Below are positions 39,268-53,438 of a DNA stretch of 64,000 bases, in pieces. A program made the position numbers and the translations under genes. This DNA comes from Callorhinchus milii. Its lineage: Eukaryota. How positions within the stretch are numbered: position 1 is the first letter of the stretch; every line of letters starts with the position of its first letter. The DNA lies in assembly GCF_018977255.1 (NCBI RefSeq), contig NW_024704742.1, positions 36,830,001 to 36,894,000 on the forward strand. Direction: 5' to 3'. The notes beneath the pieces are model-generated. The model made no database searches and was not told the origin of the DNA. It saw nothing but the letters and a program-made list of their open reading frames with translations.

Positions 39268-40194
39268 AATGCCATTTCACTTGGGGCTCTTTATACAACT
39301 TACATATGGCAACATTCGAGTCTGGTAGCAATAGCCTTATTCAGATTCCTATAAACACTGCTCCAAGATCCTCGTCAGTGAATGTGTTTCATTGTAATTT
39401 GACCCCATCGATAAATGCAATGATCAGTGAATGTAATATATATGGTAAGAAGATCATGTTCAACTTGGCCAGCACCCAGACTCAATTTAATCCACCGTTT
39501 AATGCAAAGCATTAAATATGCTGGCAATAACGACCCATCTGAAACTGCACGTCTCACAATGAAAAAATTTCAACTGCCTTTATAATCTTTCCAGGAAGAA
39601 AAATTAGTGATCGGAGAAGCTTGTTTTATTTTAAATTGAGAAAGTTGCTACAGCTTGCAAATGGATGTTGCAAGGGTGTATGTTCGCAGAATTATAGAAA
39701 GTTTAAAGCACATAAGTCGTTCATTCAATCCATTCCATCTCCCACTGGAGCAATCTTCTCCAGGCATTTCTCCCGGTGTTCTGGCCAAAAATCCTTTAGA
39801 TAAAATTGATCATTCACTTCATGGCTGTATGTGGGACATTGATCTGTGTAAACTGACTGCTACATTTACCTTCAAAATACACAGTCACTGCACTTTACAG
39901 TAATTCTTGTGAAGTGCTTTGAGGTGTACCCTGATGGGAAAGGTACTATTTCAAATGCCAGGATTATTATTAATACCCTAATAACATGCTAAAAATGGCC
40001 CATGTCCAGATGATCAGGTTATCTCTGATGTCACATAAATTATAGCGACCTGGTGACTCAAAAATTCTCAATTTTTAATGCTTAAAAGGCCCGCCTGCCT
40101 TTTGAATCAAGACGTTTTCAATGCGCAAATGCACAGTAAACGCAGGAAGGTTGACAGACAATTGTGCCCTGCTAAAATGCGAGGTGGGATTTTA

Positions 40195-40665
40195 CAACAA
40201 CAACTTCAACAACAACAACTTGCATTTATATAATAGTCTTTCACACGGGGTTGCGTCCTAGAGCGCTTGACAGTGGCGGAGTATGATGCCGAGGTAGGGG
40301 GGAGATGACCGTAAGCATAATCAAAAAGGAAGGATTTGAAGGTGGGGAGGCAGGGGGCAAGGTGGAGGAATTGAGGGAGAGAGTTCCAGGGTTTCAGGGC
40401 ATAGTGGCTGTAGGCACAGCCATTGATGGTGGAACGGAGGGCACAAGGGATAATTAGGAGGCCGGAGCCAGCCGAGCCGAGGCAGCAGGTGGTGGAGTGG
40501 GGGATAAGCAGGTCGGATAGATAGGGAGGTGCCAGAGCATGAAGGGATTTGAAAACGAGTAAGATGATCTTGATCTTGATAAATCATCTGTTCGGTAATT
40601 GGGAGCCAGTGGAGCCGGGCAAGGAATGATGTGATAGGGATAAGGAGATTTGTGCGGGTGAGTAT
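40195..40665 (-). mobile_element. L2 LINE 3' fragment
   Basis: Minus strand PITSFLARLHWLPI; caacaacaacttgcattta tail on the + strand. Confidence 0.82.
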
Positions 40666-41879
40666 TTTATTGCCCCCCAAGTACTGTTTTATGAGGCTTT
40701 GCTGCATTTGGTTCAAGAAGTTTGATTTTGCCCTGGATGCATCAGAGCTTTGGACTGTGGTGTTCAATTCTCCTCACAGAGAGACTTGATATGCTGTGCT
40801 ATTAGCAAGAGTGGCAAGTTTTACAGTGGCTGTTGGGGCATCGCAGGAGATCAGTGTTACACTGAGCTTTATGTTAGTGCAGTGACTTGTGTTGGCCATT
40901 GAATGAGTCACACTCATTCAGACTATGAAGGTCACATGCAATAAATGTTAGTCAGTGATGATCGATTTGATGTAAAAGGAATATGGGAGCTACTTTACTA
41001 TCTTTTAATGAGAAATGTAAATTTTAAACTTATAGCTGCAGGAGAGGATTTATCTGAACTAATGGAAGAAAATGCAAAGGTCCATAAAGTGTTTCAGTCT
41101 TATGAGTTTTCGGGGGATGCTGGCGGCAATCATTAAGTGTTTATCTCCTGTAAAGCTTTTATTTTGGTTGCCTACAATACTCAGACTTCCACAAAGGGGA
41201 CTAAATGCCCTGGTATCTAATGTGAATTCACCTTTCTTACCAGACAGGCACTTAGGCATGATTGGGCTGACTCAATGCAAAGCACATTCTGGCACTGAGC
41301 CACTCAGTCCCTTTGCAGAGCAAATAGCATCATGTGCCTTCTGTTTTTTTGGGTCACTATTCCAATATTAGCTGCTCCTCTCCTAAACAGGCTGCCTCAT
41401 GCTGGGTTACTCTCTGGTGCACACCCACATGCCCATTCTTTATGTGGGATGCTGATAATACTGTTTTTTGTAAGATGGATAACTGACACATGTGGAAAAC
41501 TAATGAGAATTCCACATATGCATTTTTTCTGTTGTTTGGAATGGAGTGCAACTCTGTCCCCAAAGCGACACAAAATGTCTCCACCACCCTACTCAGCAGC
41601 GAATTCCACATCCCAGCTGGATTGTAGTTGAGACAAACAAATGGTAAATTAGGAAGGGATTTGGATACAAACCAACAACAACAACAACTTGGATTTATAT
41701 AGCGCCCTCCACGCCAGACGGCTTCTCAAAGCACTTCACAGTAACGGATCCCAGGGCCGAGCCAGGGGGAGGGGGAGGAAGGTGATTATCTTAAACCTAC
41801 TACTGTATATCCCCTAGTCTGGTTTACTTTGGATCCTGGTTAAAATGTCCCTAATTTCTAGCTGGTTTAATGATAGTTT

Positions 41880-42368
41880 GCTGCCCGCATTCTCACCTGC
41901 ACCAAATTCCGCTCCCCGATTACCCCAGTCCTTGCCAGACTGTACTGGCTCTCTGTCCCAGAGAGGATCAATTTCAAGATTCTCACCTTGTCTTCAAATC
42001 CCTCCACTCCTCTGCACCCCCTACCTCTCTGATCTCTCTCCTCAAAACAGAGGCATGATTGGCTTTGTTCTTCCAGGTCTGGCGTCCTCCTTGTCCCCCG
42101 AGTCCTCCGCTCCACCCTCAGCGGCCGTGCCTTCAGCCACTAGCCCCGAGGCTCTGGAACTCCCTTCCTCACTCCCTTCGTCTCGCTCCCTCCCTTCCTA
42201 TTTCAGGTCTTTGCTGAAGACCTTTCTTTTCGACCGCGCCTTTGGTCACCTTCCTCCCCCTCCCCCTGGCTCGGCCCCGGGATCCGTTACTGTAAAGCGC
42301 TCTGAGACGCTGTCCGGCGTGGAGGGTGCTATATAAATCCAAGTTGTTGTTGTTGTTGTTGTTGTTGG
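41880..42368 (+). mobile_element. L2 3' fragment, same subfamily as 29970-30447
   Basis: Near-identical 3'UTR ggctcggccccgggatccgttactgt...tataaatccaag(ttg)n. Confidence 0.9.
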
Positions 42369-45300
42369 TTTGTATCCCAATCCCTTCCTAGTTTACCATT
42401 AGTTTGTCTCAACTACAATTTTCATAGATGAGATAATTATCACCGTAGAAATTAACACATCACGCCTCAAAATAACACATCATACCTCATATTTTTACCC
42501 TGTTATCTCATCTCTCCAACTGCATCACAAGCACCTTAATAGGTACTAACAGTATTTTGAAGCAGAAATTTTTAAATATGAATAAGCATCAACATCAGCA
42601 GTGGGTCCAAGCTTCTGATAATTCCTCAGTTTTTTTAACTGCAGAAGCCTCTCTTCCTTGGGCTTCACAATTATCCTATTATTCCAAAAGTCATGTCACT
42701 TCATTCTGCTTTGGGCCTGACAAGAGGCAAGAAGAGGCTGGTAATGACTGAGTCACAACATGTTGTCCAATTTAGTAAATAAGTGGTCATTGTTTGTGAA
42801 TGCCACACTGCAATTATGTTATTTGGTTCCTCCCTATGACACTCTTGGCGATGAATAGCTCTATTTAAGGTTCTGAAAGACTTTTATATTTTAAAAATAT
42901 TAGGAACATAGAAAAACAGGAACAGGAGGAAGCCATTCAACCCATCGAACCTGTTCTACCAGTTTATTAGATCTTGTCAACAAATCTAATCCTGATGTTC
43001 TGTCCTTTTGACTTATTAGTATTATCCAAGTACCTGCCTATCTCTCTTTTAAACTTCTGGAAGACTGAAATGAACGAGTCCTTAACACCGTTGCTGTGGA
43101 AAGATATTCAAATCCTGGTAGTATCAGTCATCTTGCCCATGCAGGTATAGGACCCCTCAAATACATCATTAAAATAATCTGGCAGAATCTATTTTGATAG
43201 TCTTTCTGGGGTATTTAAACAATTTGTTAAACACGCATCAAGCATGACATTGTTAAAGAGAAATAGCTCTTGCATGCCACTGTGGCAGACTGTTTTTCCA
43301 ATGTTCTCATGTTCTTTACCACACTATCAATTTTATGTTTGTATAGTGTCTGGAGTATACCACGTCTGGACAAGACTCAAAGCGCTTCACAGTATCAAGG
43401 GATCTGGAGTGTAATCTCTGACAGTTTTGATAGTGTGAATGTGGGGGAAGTGGGTAAGAATAGGGAATCCTAAACTTCTTCCTACCTACTGGTGGTTTGG
43501 TAGGTACTATGTTTCTGAATGGATTTGGATTTATGTGTGCAGTTCTGTGTAAATGAATTAGATTAGACCAGTTCATGCACACACACAAGGTGGAGAGGAT
43601 AGAGGATCCTAATTTCCTAATCCTAGTTTTGGATTATATTTGATTTCTCTTTACTTGTATGTGCGTGTGTATGTGAATGGAAGGGGGGATTTATGGGGGA
43701 TTTTGAAGCCTTGGACTATATACAACAAAATTACATTTGTATAGCACCTTTCATGTTGGGAGGTCATCCCATATAAAGCAATATTCACTTCATTTCTAAT
43801 CAATTTTATTTTATAATGTACTGAAGATGTTTGTTCTTATGTGGAAATTACAGACTCAAAGGATTCTTCAACATTAAAGGCAAAGGAAAAGGATAAGGAT
43901 TCAATGAAAGGCCTTTTCGGCACATTAGGGTTCAGAATAGAATCTTACAATACTATTACAGTTAGGATATCAGCAGCATTTGCAGATGAATAAGGGCATG
44001 TACAAGAAACTGAATGAATACATTTCTACAAACTATTCGCTCTATGCCAAGGCTTGTGGCTCCTGTGAAATAAGATTGGTGAAGTCAAATAATGGTTTTA
44101 AAACTTCCAAATTGCACCTTAGTGAATTCAAGTGACTGGTTTAATTCCTTAGTTCCTAATGTTTATATTGAGAAATCTGGAGTCTGGCAATGTGGAAGGA
44201 GTGGTGCATTTCGGACCACTGGGGATTTTACCCTCTGAATTGCATCATTTTTGGACAGCTTTGGGTGGGCAGAACACGGGGAGGGTGGGTGGCATGAAAT
44301 ACGAGGTAGGAAAACATTTTTTAAATCAAAAACTCGAGTTCCTCACTGTATTGACTCTCAAGTTAGCTGTATTTCAATTCTTAAAGGCCTGGAGGGGAAT
44401 TTAAGTCCCAAACCTGTCATTTGGAGAGTTTGCAGTCAATGGAAGTGTTGCTTAGCTAAATGCATTTAGGAACACCAAAATTTTTGTCTCCTGTGTCTCT
44501 TGAACCAACATAGAGTAGCTTATGTCTTCCCATTCTCGACTGACTACTTCCTTCCTGTGCTCTCACTATTGCGTTACATCGTTGGTGGGATCTCATTTGC
44601 AAAATTCTCAAAAGGATTTGTACACAGAGAATCCTAGATAGACTTGGGTTTGTTTTAGACTAACCCTCTGGAACTCTGGAACTGCGTTGAGATCAAAGTT
44701 ACCAATAAGAGATTGGTTGATCTCAGGCTCATTTGGCTACCTGCGGGATGTGCCATTTACAAATCATTTGCCGATCTTGCAAATTACACCCCAGAGACTC
44801 CTCAATCAGTTTAATTGTACTTGTATATAATTAAATCATTTATGAGATGAGCTGAGGGTTTAACAAGGCAATAAATGCCTGAAACACTGACTGAATGACG
44901 GGACTGCAGGTGGAGGCATTTTATCATTTGGACAGGGAAATGTTTATTTCAATGATGGAAACAATGGATCACTCATGGTCTGATGATTCCTATCAGTTAT
45001 TTGTGGGCCTCAGGTAAGTGGTTGCACTATATGTGTCTCTATTCCCTCACACACAAGATCACAAGGAAGGTTTGGATGGAAAAAAAACTTTGGTCCATTT
45101 GGTCTCACCCTTCCAGAAAGCCCGCCCCACTGTTTTCCAATCACAGCAGCAAACTGTTTTATGCTCCGGTGGGGGGTCGGATGGAATAATTGTGTGTGGG
45201 TGGGGTGGTAAGCGGGGTCCCCTTTGAGCTGAGCTGGCTCAACTAGCTCCATGCTGACGTGCTTGGTCATTAAATATATTATAAAGTGAATTGACTGCAT

Positions 45301-45744
45301 ATTTTATAAAGTCTGGGACTTGTGAAACATTCCTCTCGTAATGCAGAACTGAAGGTACTGATGCCACTAATGGCTACTTGCACTTCAGATCTTTATAATT
45401 ATAATTGTTACATTTAGCATAAAAGCCTTATACATCAGAAAGAACGTCTCCAAGCACTTCACGGAATGTACTGTAAAGTGGAGTGACTGTATGTTTTTGT
45501 AGGTGAATCTGGCAGCCAATTTGCAAACAGCAGTTGAGGGAAGTGTGAGGGAATAGAGAGTGTTTATCTGCAGTTAAGGGAAGGGAGGTATCATAATGTC
45601 AATGGCTTCCATGCTGCATGTTAAATGTCACTGCTTAATATTTTCAGGAGCTCTATAAACACGAACTGCAACTGAGCACTGACGGATAGCAAAGGATGTA
45701 CTGTTCTGTATCACTATTTCAATATGGAGTGATACATGAGCCTG

Positions 45745-46125
45745 GAATTGATGAATCAGTTAGCCTAACAGCTGTAGTGGGGAAAATTTGTCAGAGTATT
45801 TATGGGATGCTATCAATATACATCCAAAGAGCACAGATGCCATAATGAGTAGTCAACATGGATTTAGAAGCAGCAAGTCATGCCTCACAAATTTACGGTA
45901 ATTCTTTGAGGAAATCATTTAAACTTGTGGTGAGGCTTGTGTGGTGCATATAGTTCAATTTTTATTCTCCCCCATAAGATTTTTTGTAAAAAAGGGTTAA
46001 AGCTTACAGAATTAATGACAAATTTTCCAGTTGGATTGACAACTGGCTGAGTAATCGGAAGCAGAAGGTGATGGTGAACGGCAAAGGTTCTGTCTGTGAG
46101 CAGCGATTGGTGGAGTTCCACTGGG
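45745..46125 (+). mobile_element. CR1 RT fragment (highly degenerate)
   Basis: SQHGFRSSKSCLTNL motif; WIDNWLSNRKQKVMVNG. Confidence 0.72.
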
Positions 46126-46509
46126 CTCTGGCTCAGGTCTTAGCTCAGGTCTTCTTGAAATGCTGTACACTGTCCAGGGTCTTGGGACGTCCTCCTGACG
46201 TGAAAGGCGCTGTACAAATGTATTCTTGTTGTTGTTGTTCTGTTCACATCATACATAAAATAATTTACCAGAAAAATCTTCTTTCATGATTTCTTATGGG
46301 ACTCCTCCTCACTTCCTGCCAGAGAGATAATGCAAAGGGGAGCTGTATAGGCTTCCATAGAGCAAGAGAAAGACGGGGTTGCATTAAAGTAACTGGACCT
46401 GTAGCTTTGACTATCAGATCTTCCCTCCCAACCCAATTCCGTTGTGGATGGGCCTAATCTCCACTCGGTAACTGCCTAGATTCAAGATCAGGAGGTCAAG
46501 TAGGCTGTC

Positions 46510-46915
46510 AAGTGCCCATCACTTTTATCCTTGGCAGGCTCCACTGGCTCCTTAGTCCCTGGCAGATTGACTTCACCTTCAAAAGCCTTCATAACCTTGT
46601 CCAATACTATATCTGCAATCTGCTGCAGCCCCACTCTCTGACCTTTTCCCTACTCTCCACCAAATGGGCCTGCTTCATGTCTCTCATCCCTTCCATCGGT
46701 GGGCAAGCATTCAACCACTGCATTGTTCTCTCTAACTCTCTTCGTAAATCCTTCCACCTAGCTCTTTTCTTTCAAAAAAATTGTCTCTTTGACTATGTCT
46801 TCGGTTACCTCCCACCTGTACTCTCCCCGTCCTGCTCGTGCTTCGACTCTGTCTCTGTGAAATGTTTTGAGATAGTTTGCTATTAGAGGTTACAATATAT
46901 GTGCAAGTTGTTATT
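46510..46915 (+). mobile_element. Old L2 3' fragment
   Basis: PITFILGRLHWL...FTFKSLHNL; degraded tail. Confidence 0.7.
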
Positions 46916-47109
46916 GATCCCTATGTAGTGGTGGTGGGTGCAGACCTAAGCCTATGTAATGAGCTGCGTGGTGGATGTGATTTATTAGAACTGTTTGAAC
47001 TAAGGTGAGCTTTGCCGAAATGATCAGTGTCCTGCTTCTAGCAACACTGCATAGCTTTAAACAGTCCTTTATGCCACACTTGCAGTCTTTACAATTCACA
47101 TATTGTATA

Positions 47110-47522
47110 TGATAATCCTCACATTTAAAATAGCGCTTTATCACATCGTTGAGATGCATCAAAGAAATTCACAGCATTTTACTATGAAGTGTAGTGACTG
47201 CATATTTGTAGGTGAACACGGCTATCGATTTGCAGGCAGGTATGTCCCACAAACAGTCATGGAGTGAATGATCAATTTTATTTGGGGGCTTGTTGGCCAG
47301 GACACTGGGAGAAACTCGCTGCTCTTTTTGAACAGTGCAATGGGATCTTTAACATCCACCTGAACAGGTAGACAGGATCTTACTTCAATGTTTAATTTGA
47401 AGGATGGCACCTCCAAGAATTGAGTACATCCTGAACACTGCATTGGTATGGTTGTGAGTTCTAAGATCATAACCTTCTGACTCCTTAGATTAGACTGCTA
47501 TCAACTGAGCCAGGCTGACACC
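47110..47522 (-). mobile_element. Deu-domain SINE (family B), near full length
   Basis: Tail, gggatctttaacatccacctgaacagg Deu core, and tRNA-like head (caactgagccaggctgac on the + strand). Confidence 0.78.
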
Positions 47523-48865
47523 TAAAATTAATGGTTTAATTTCCATGCACACTTCATTTCAAATTTAATTATTCATCTCTCAAAAAAACATAAAGATGTA
47601 AAGAAATATAGAGTTAGAAAAGACCTTTCATGGTACAGTATTTTAATTCAGTATGTCCATTTAATAGAACATAGATTAAAGGGGCAATTTGTCAGAATTA
47701 ATAGGGGCTGTTCAAAATGTTCTCGGGCTTGTCACAGCTCATTTACAAGCAGTAACTTTGTGAAATGTATTGTTTTGAAAGAGAGATGGGTATGTTGAAA
47801 GATGTGCTGTATACACATATTTAAAAAAACTCAAAAATTGTACTCTCACAGACAACAACGCTTCAGTTGTCATAACTGTCACGCTAAGGTTCTGAATGCT
47901 GCTTGAGTCACTAACACGATGAAAAGGGCAGAATGGCACTCTGCAATAATTGGTGCTCTGTATAGTAAGCGTGTGAACGAATCCATGATTCTGGACACAA
48001 CTACCTGATATATGATCTGACACATGTGGAAACCCATCACCATGCTTAAGAATTCTGAGCAAAACTGAGATTTCCATGCATCCCACCTACACATGGAAAT
48101 TCCAGATATAGATTGTTGGAATGGAATACGTTTTCTCTCCCTGGAGGGACGCTTGAATTAGCCTCCCACCATAACAATAACAACAGCAACTTGCATTTAT
48201 ATAGCGCTCCTCACGCAGGGTAGCATCCCAGAACAATAGGGAGCCACTGGGAAGGAAGATACTTGAGCTGCACGTACACTACTCTTCAGTGACAGGTTAC
48301 AGATAAGCCTTGCCAGAAGTTTTGGAGAAATTGCTTTGAGACAGCCTCCCGACGTGAAAGGCACTATAAAAAAGTAAATTGTATTGTAAATTGTCCTCAT
48401 GATAGTATGAACAAGCAACTACTGTATATTTTTTAAAAAGTAGATATTTATGTTTGCCGAGAAAATACAGTTACGACACTTTACTTTAAATCCTGTGGTG
48501 CCCTATGAGACTTCCTCCCAATGTGAAAGGTGTTATACCAGTTTATTATTCCTATTATTTTTTATCAAGACTTAAGATTTTTCTGTCTACTGTGGAACTC
48601 CTCATGCTGACTCTTCTGTAGCTGTAGCGCATTAATCGACTTCAGTACTGTTGCACCAGATTTATTTCTATATGCATCAGATTTAGAGTTTCCAGCGAAT
48701 GAACAGCAGATTATTTCTAGATATATCAGCAATAATAAGATCACAACAATCCTTTTCAGAAAACGTCATTGTGCGTCAAACAAATAGTGCATATGGATTG
48801 ATGGATGCTGTCATCATAAAAACAAACCAAAAAGAAACTCTCCCTCAGCCACAGTTTGTATGTGT

Positions 48866-49036
48866 GAACACGTACATACGCGCACACACACAGGAACACA
48901 CACACACACATGCGCACACAACACCTACATATACATGCACGCATGTATTCATACAGTCAAACACACATGCATATAGTCAAACACACAGACATGTACACAT
49001 GGACACTTAAAGCCACACACATACATGCACACATAC
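48866..49036. repeat. Degenerate (CA)n microsatellite
   Basis: Alternating cacacaca/catacatg tract. Confidence 0.85.
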
Positions 49037-52000
49037 CAAGTAGAAGCTGTTTAATTTACATTGACCCATAGTGATGGCCAAGTGATGGCCGATTCATGCA
49101 TCATTGCCATTTTGCATGTGTGTCACGAGCCATATTTGATACACGCTACTTCTCGGGTCAGCATTCCTTGCATTAACACATCATTGTGCGCGCTGACTGA
49201 GTGAGAGTTTAAAAGGGCATAATCTCTGAAAGCATGTTTACAGACAGAAGATGGTTTGAAAGTGTGATTTGGGTGCCAAGAGAGCAATAGCTGCTGCACA
49301 GGAAACTTCTGCAGTGTAAATTTTGTGTTGGTCTTCATTTTTTTTAAATTGTATAGTTCAAATTTCTTATGTTTCTAATTTCTAAGTTGTGTTTTTTATG
49401 TGTATAATCACCACTTAGTTCTCTGAAAGTTTTTCAGTTGCACCAGTGCCTTTTAAGTGGAATTTAAGTGGCACAGATTAATTTCAACATTGAAATTAGC
49501 CACGTGGCTCTACAAAGAACTGGCTTGGAGACTGGAAACCACAATACGCAATACAGGCATAAGGTGACTCCACAAAACAGCCGATTTCAGCAAATGGGTC
49601 AGTGTTCTTTGTGGCAGAATTGTGAGGAAGCAGTATAAATATCTTATATAAAAACATCATCATTGGCTGCCAGTGCCTCAAAATGAATGTCAGTTCAAAA
49701 GAAAAGTTCAGGTATTGCCAGCCATGTAGACGTTTGCTTTGAAATGCAGAACAAGCGGAATAACCTCAGGAAAGACTGCAATGACCTGAGGTGGAGCTCC
49801 TAGCAAAAGTTGGCTCGGATTGAAAGGAAGCTGTCTCAACCCAGAAGGATCACATTCACTAACAGCGCATTTAAAAAGAGCTCAGAGACTTCTTACTGTT
49901 TGTGATATGGAAAATTTATTTCATTGAATTTGATGTTCTACAGGGGGCAAGCATAATTTAGCGAACCTGCTTAGCAGTGAAGCTCTCTCCTCTCATACTA
50001 GTGTTGTAAAAATAGTTAATGAGGCACAAGACATAGTGCGTAAAGCTGGAGGTAGTCCACACTTCAGTGCTCCCAGATCGGTTTGTATCTGGCACACTGG
50101 ATGGCCAGTTCATGTCATATAGTCCTTTCATCTCCATGGAAACTATATCAGCACCTGCGATAATGCTTTCTCATGCGAAAAGAAAACCCTAACTCTGTTA
50201 AAAAGTTACTTGTTGCCTGTATTGGCAGAGGTCTTCAATTGTGTGAATGGAGAAAAAGCTTTTAAATCACACGCCTTCCGTTCAGGGTGGTAGCTTCTGC
50301 GAATGCTCATGCATGCACATGGCTCCCAACCACAGGCAGGTTCCCAACCGCAGACAAAGTGCTGACTCTGTAGAGGAGTGTTATTTTCTTATGGAATGCA
50401 GTGACCAGAAGTGAAGGTTCTGTTTTATAGGAATCATGGTGAGTAAGGCAGCAGTGATGTTCTTATGTTTTATGAGTGGAAAGGATTAGAGCTAGGGGGT
50501 GATCCTGTTAATTCACAGGAGTGCCTTGCAAAGATGCCATATTATATAAATGGGTGTTATACAATACCATGTAGTTTACATTTATATAGCGTCTTTCACG
50601 TTGAGAAAATGTCTTAAAGCGCTTGACAATGCTCGATGGTCACTTTAGTTGAGGGTGGGAGTTGAGGGTGATGGGGAAGGGAAAGTTGACCGAAAGTGTG
50701 GTCAAAGATTCATGCCCTGAATGAAGGGAGGGAGTGAGTAAGCCGGAGAGACTCTTGGATGGAATTCCAGAAAGCTGGGGCAGAATGGTTGAACGCCTGC
50801 TTACCCATGGTGAAGCCTTGGTACAAAGAGCTCTCAATACACCACCATCCTTTGACACAAACATTATCAATCAATTTTGTATGAAAACAAAAATTCTTAT
50901 CTTTAACAATTCAGTATAAGCCACTCAGTGGGTGACATACTGTTGCAATTACACCCTGTCTCTGGCGAACAATGCAATGTTTTGCCACATCCATTACTGA
51001 AACCAACCCCTTAAATGCAAGAGGAGGAGCAATCCACTTACGTAGGAATGTCACTTAGGATAATCCAATTCGGATTCAATGGTCTGAGCATTTGTATTGA
51101 CTTGGCTGTGCTGCAGTGTTTTATTATGATGTTTCTCCAGAGATTTTCAGATTACTTTTATTGGAGCACAAAAGCATTGGGAAATCAATCTGCAGGAGGC
51201 TCTTTACTTTGGATTTACAGTGGGGACATGTTTGTTTCTTCTGGTTTGATAACTGGGTTACAGAAAGTCAAGACCCTTTTTTAGTTCCTGCAACAGCAGA
51301 AGGTCACTTAATGTTATTTCCTGCCCTGGTGTCTACATTGGGTAAATGTACTATTCTTCCGATGAGCCAATTCTGAATCGTACCATTTTAGGAAGATTTA
51401 ATAAGTCTTGCATTAGGGTCTTTCACATCAGGTGCTTCAATTAATTAACCGTAAAATGTATTGACTGTATTTTGTAGGCAAATACGACAGACAATTTACA
51501 ACAGCAATAACTTGCCTTTATATAGTGCCCTTCACACAGGGTATTATCTTGGAGTGCTTACTTTATGAAGATTTACTAAGTATGGACAGCGCAGAAACAG
51601 GCCACTCGGCCTAACCAGTCTGTGCCAGTATTTATACTCCACAACTCCACATGAGTCAGACATGTGTCTGCAATTGAATTCCGTACTGCAGTGTCCCACA
51701 AACAGCTGTGAAGTGACCAATTTTATTTTGGGGTTGTTGGCTAGCACAGGTCAACATCTCCAACAATGTAGCCCCACCCCCGGCTTCCAACATTGTATTG
51801 GATAGAGTGTCAGCCTTGACTGTGAGTTCAATTTCCGGAGCGGGTTAATTTACAATCTTCTGATTCATGCAGGTGAGAGGGAGCATGGGTAAAATATATA
51901 TTTTGTTTTGAATGTACAATTCTGTGCTTTTACATAATTTTGTGAATTAATCTAAGCTTTCAGTAATAAAGATATTCTGATAATTGTGGAAGGTTCTACT

Positions 52001-53147
52001 GTAGTAATTTCCGTGTCATGGTGTAAGAGGTTAGAAGCTACAGAGCCAGTTGGTTTAGGGAGATGGGAAGTGTAAGAGATAATGCTCCATTGGGAAAGTC
52101 ATCAACATTGAGACTAGTGGTTGCCAACACTGCAAAATGGAAATTATCACAGTGTAAATAATACAAAACCACAATTACTTAGAATATCTTTGAGTCAGTA
52201 ATCTGATCATGAGATTCAAGTGTTATTTATAAACCATTCACGATTTGAACTTATGACTTATAACATTATCTGATCTGGGGAGGAAGGGGAGGTGACCGTA
52301 GGCACGGTCAAAGAAGAAAGTCTTCAGGTGCAATCTGAAGACAGGCAAAGAACAGACAAGGCTATGACCAGCTAAAACCACAAAGCCTGCCAGTGCAAGC
52401 TTCCTGCTAACTTACTCATCTAGGACCATCCTACCGTTTAGGGCCTTGACTTGCAGGGTTAACTGTTGCTGAGTGAAAAGAATCCCTGCCTCTCAAAGTC
52501 CTGCCAACAAACCAAGTTGGAAGGTCTTATGTAACAGTGCCTTGGAGCACAACAGCCTTTCCTGGCTTAGGAACCCAACTACCAAGGGCACTACAGGGGA
52601 TTGATTTGATTCTGACACGCCAGCCACATCATCTTCAAGCAAACTTGGCCCCATTAGACCTCACGTACCCAAAGGGGATAATCACTAGTTGGTCATCAGA
52701 CATGCAACAGATCAGAATTGAGCCCTCAGTAGATAGATAGCAGGTACCTAGAAGCCTCTTGTTGTGCAGCAGGAAATTTGTGAGAACACTGCTACCATCC
52801 TCCAGTCCACAGCTTGAACACACACATCCCTAACCTTACTCTTAGCTCTAAAATGCATAAGTATTACACATTGGAAGAGGACATCAATATATCTTCTTGT
52901 TTTGAGTGTTGTGATTGGGCATCTTACTGAAACACAGCATTCTGCATTGCAACCAATGCAGGTAAGGGTTGAACTGCCCTTTTTACTCTTCTTTTTGCGG
53001 TGAAGTTCCCATTTCCTATTCACATAGATTTAGAGGATCTGCAGAAGTGTAATTTCCCTCCCTTTGTGTTAGTGAAATGAGTATTCAAACATTTATCAAA
53101 CAAACTGTAATTTGCGGATGCTTTGTAAGGCTTTGTGAAAGGAAAAT

Positions 53148-53438
53148 CCATCCTTCAGATAAGATGTTAATCTAAATTCTTGTTTGCCTATTTGGATGGA
53201 TGTTAAAGATCCCATGGCACTATTCATAAAGAGAAGGGAGATTCTCCTGTTGTCCTGACCAACAATTCTCCAAATAAATTCAGATATTTATTTCATGACT
53301 GTGACATTGCTGTATGCAAACTGCCTGCTCAATTCATCTACAAAATACACAGTCACGACACTTTGCAGTGGATCTGTAAAATGCTTTGAGACATCCTCTT
53401 GATGTGAAAGGCTCTATACGAAATACAAGGATTATTAT
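53148..53438 (+). mobile_element. Deu-domain SINE (family B), 5' truncated
   Basis: ggatgttaaagatcccatggcactattc...aaggattatt. Confidence 0.72.
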
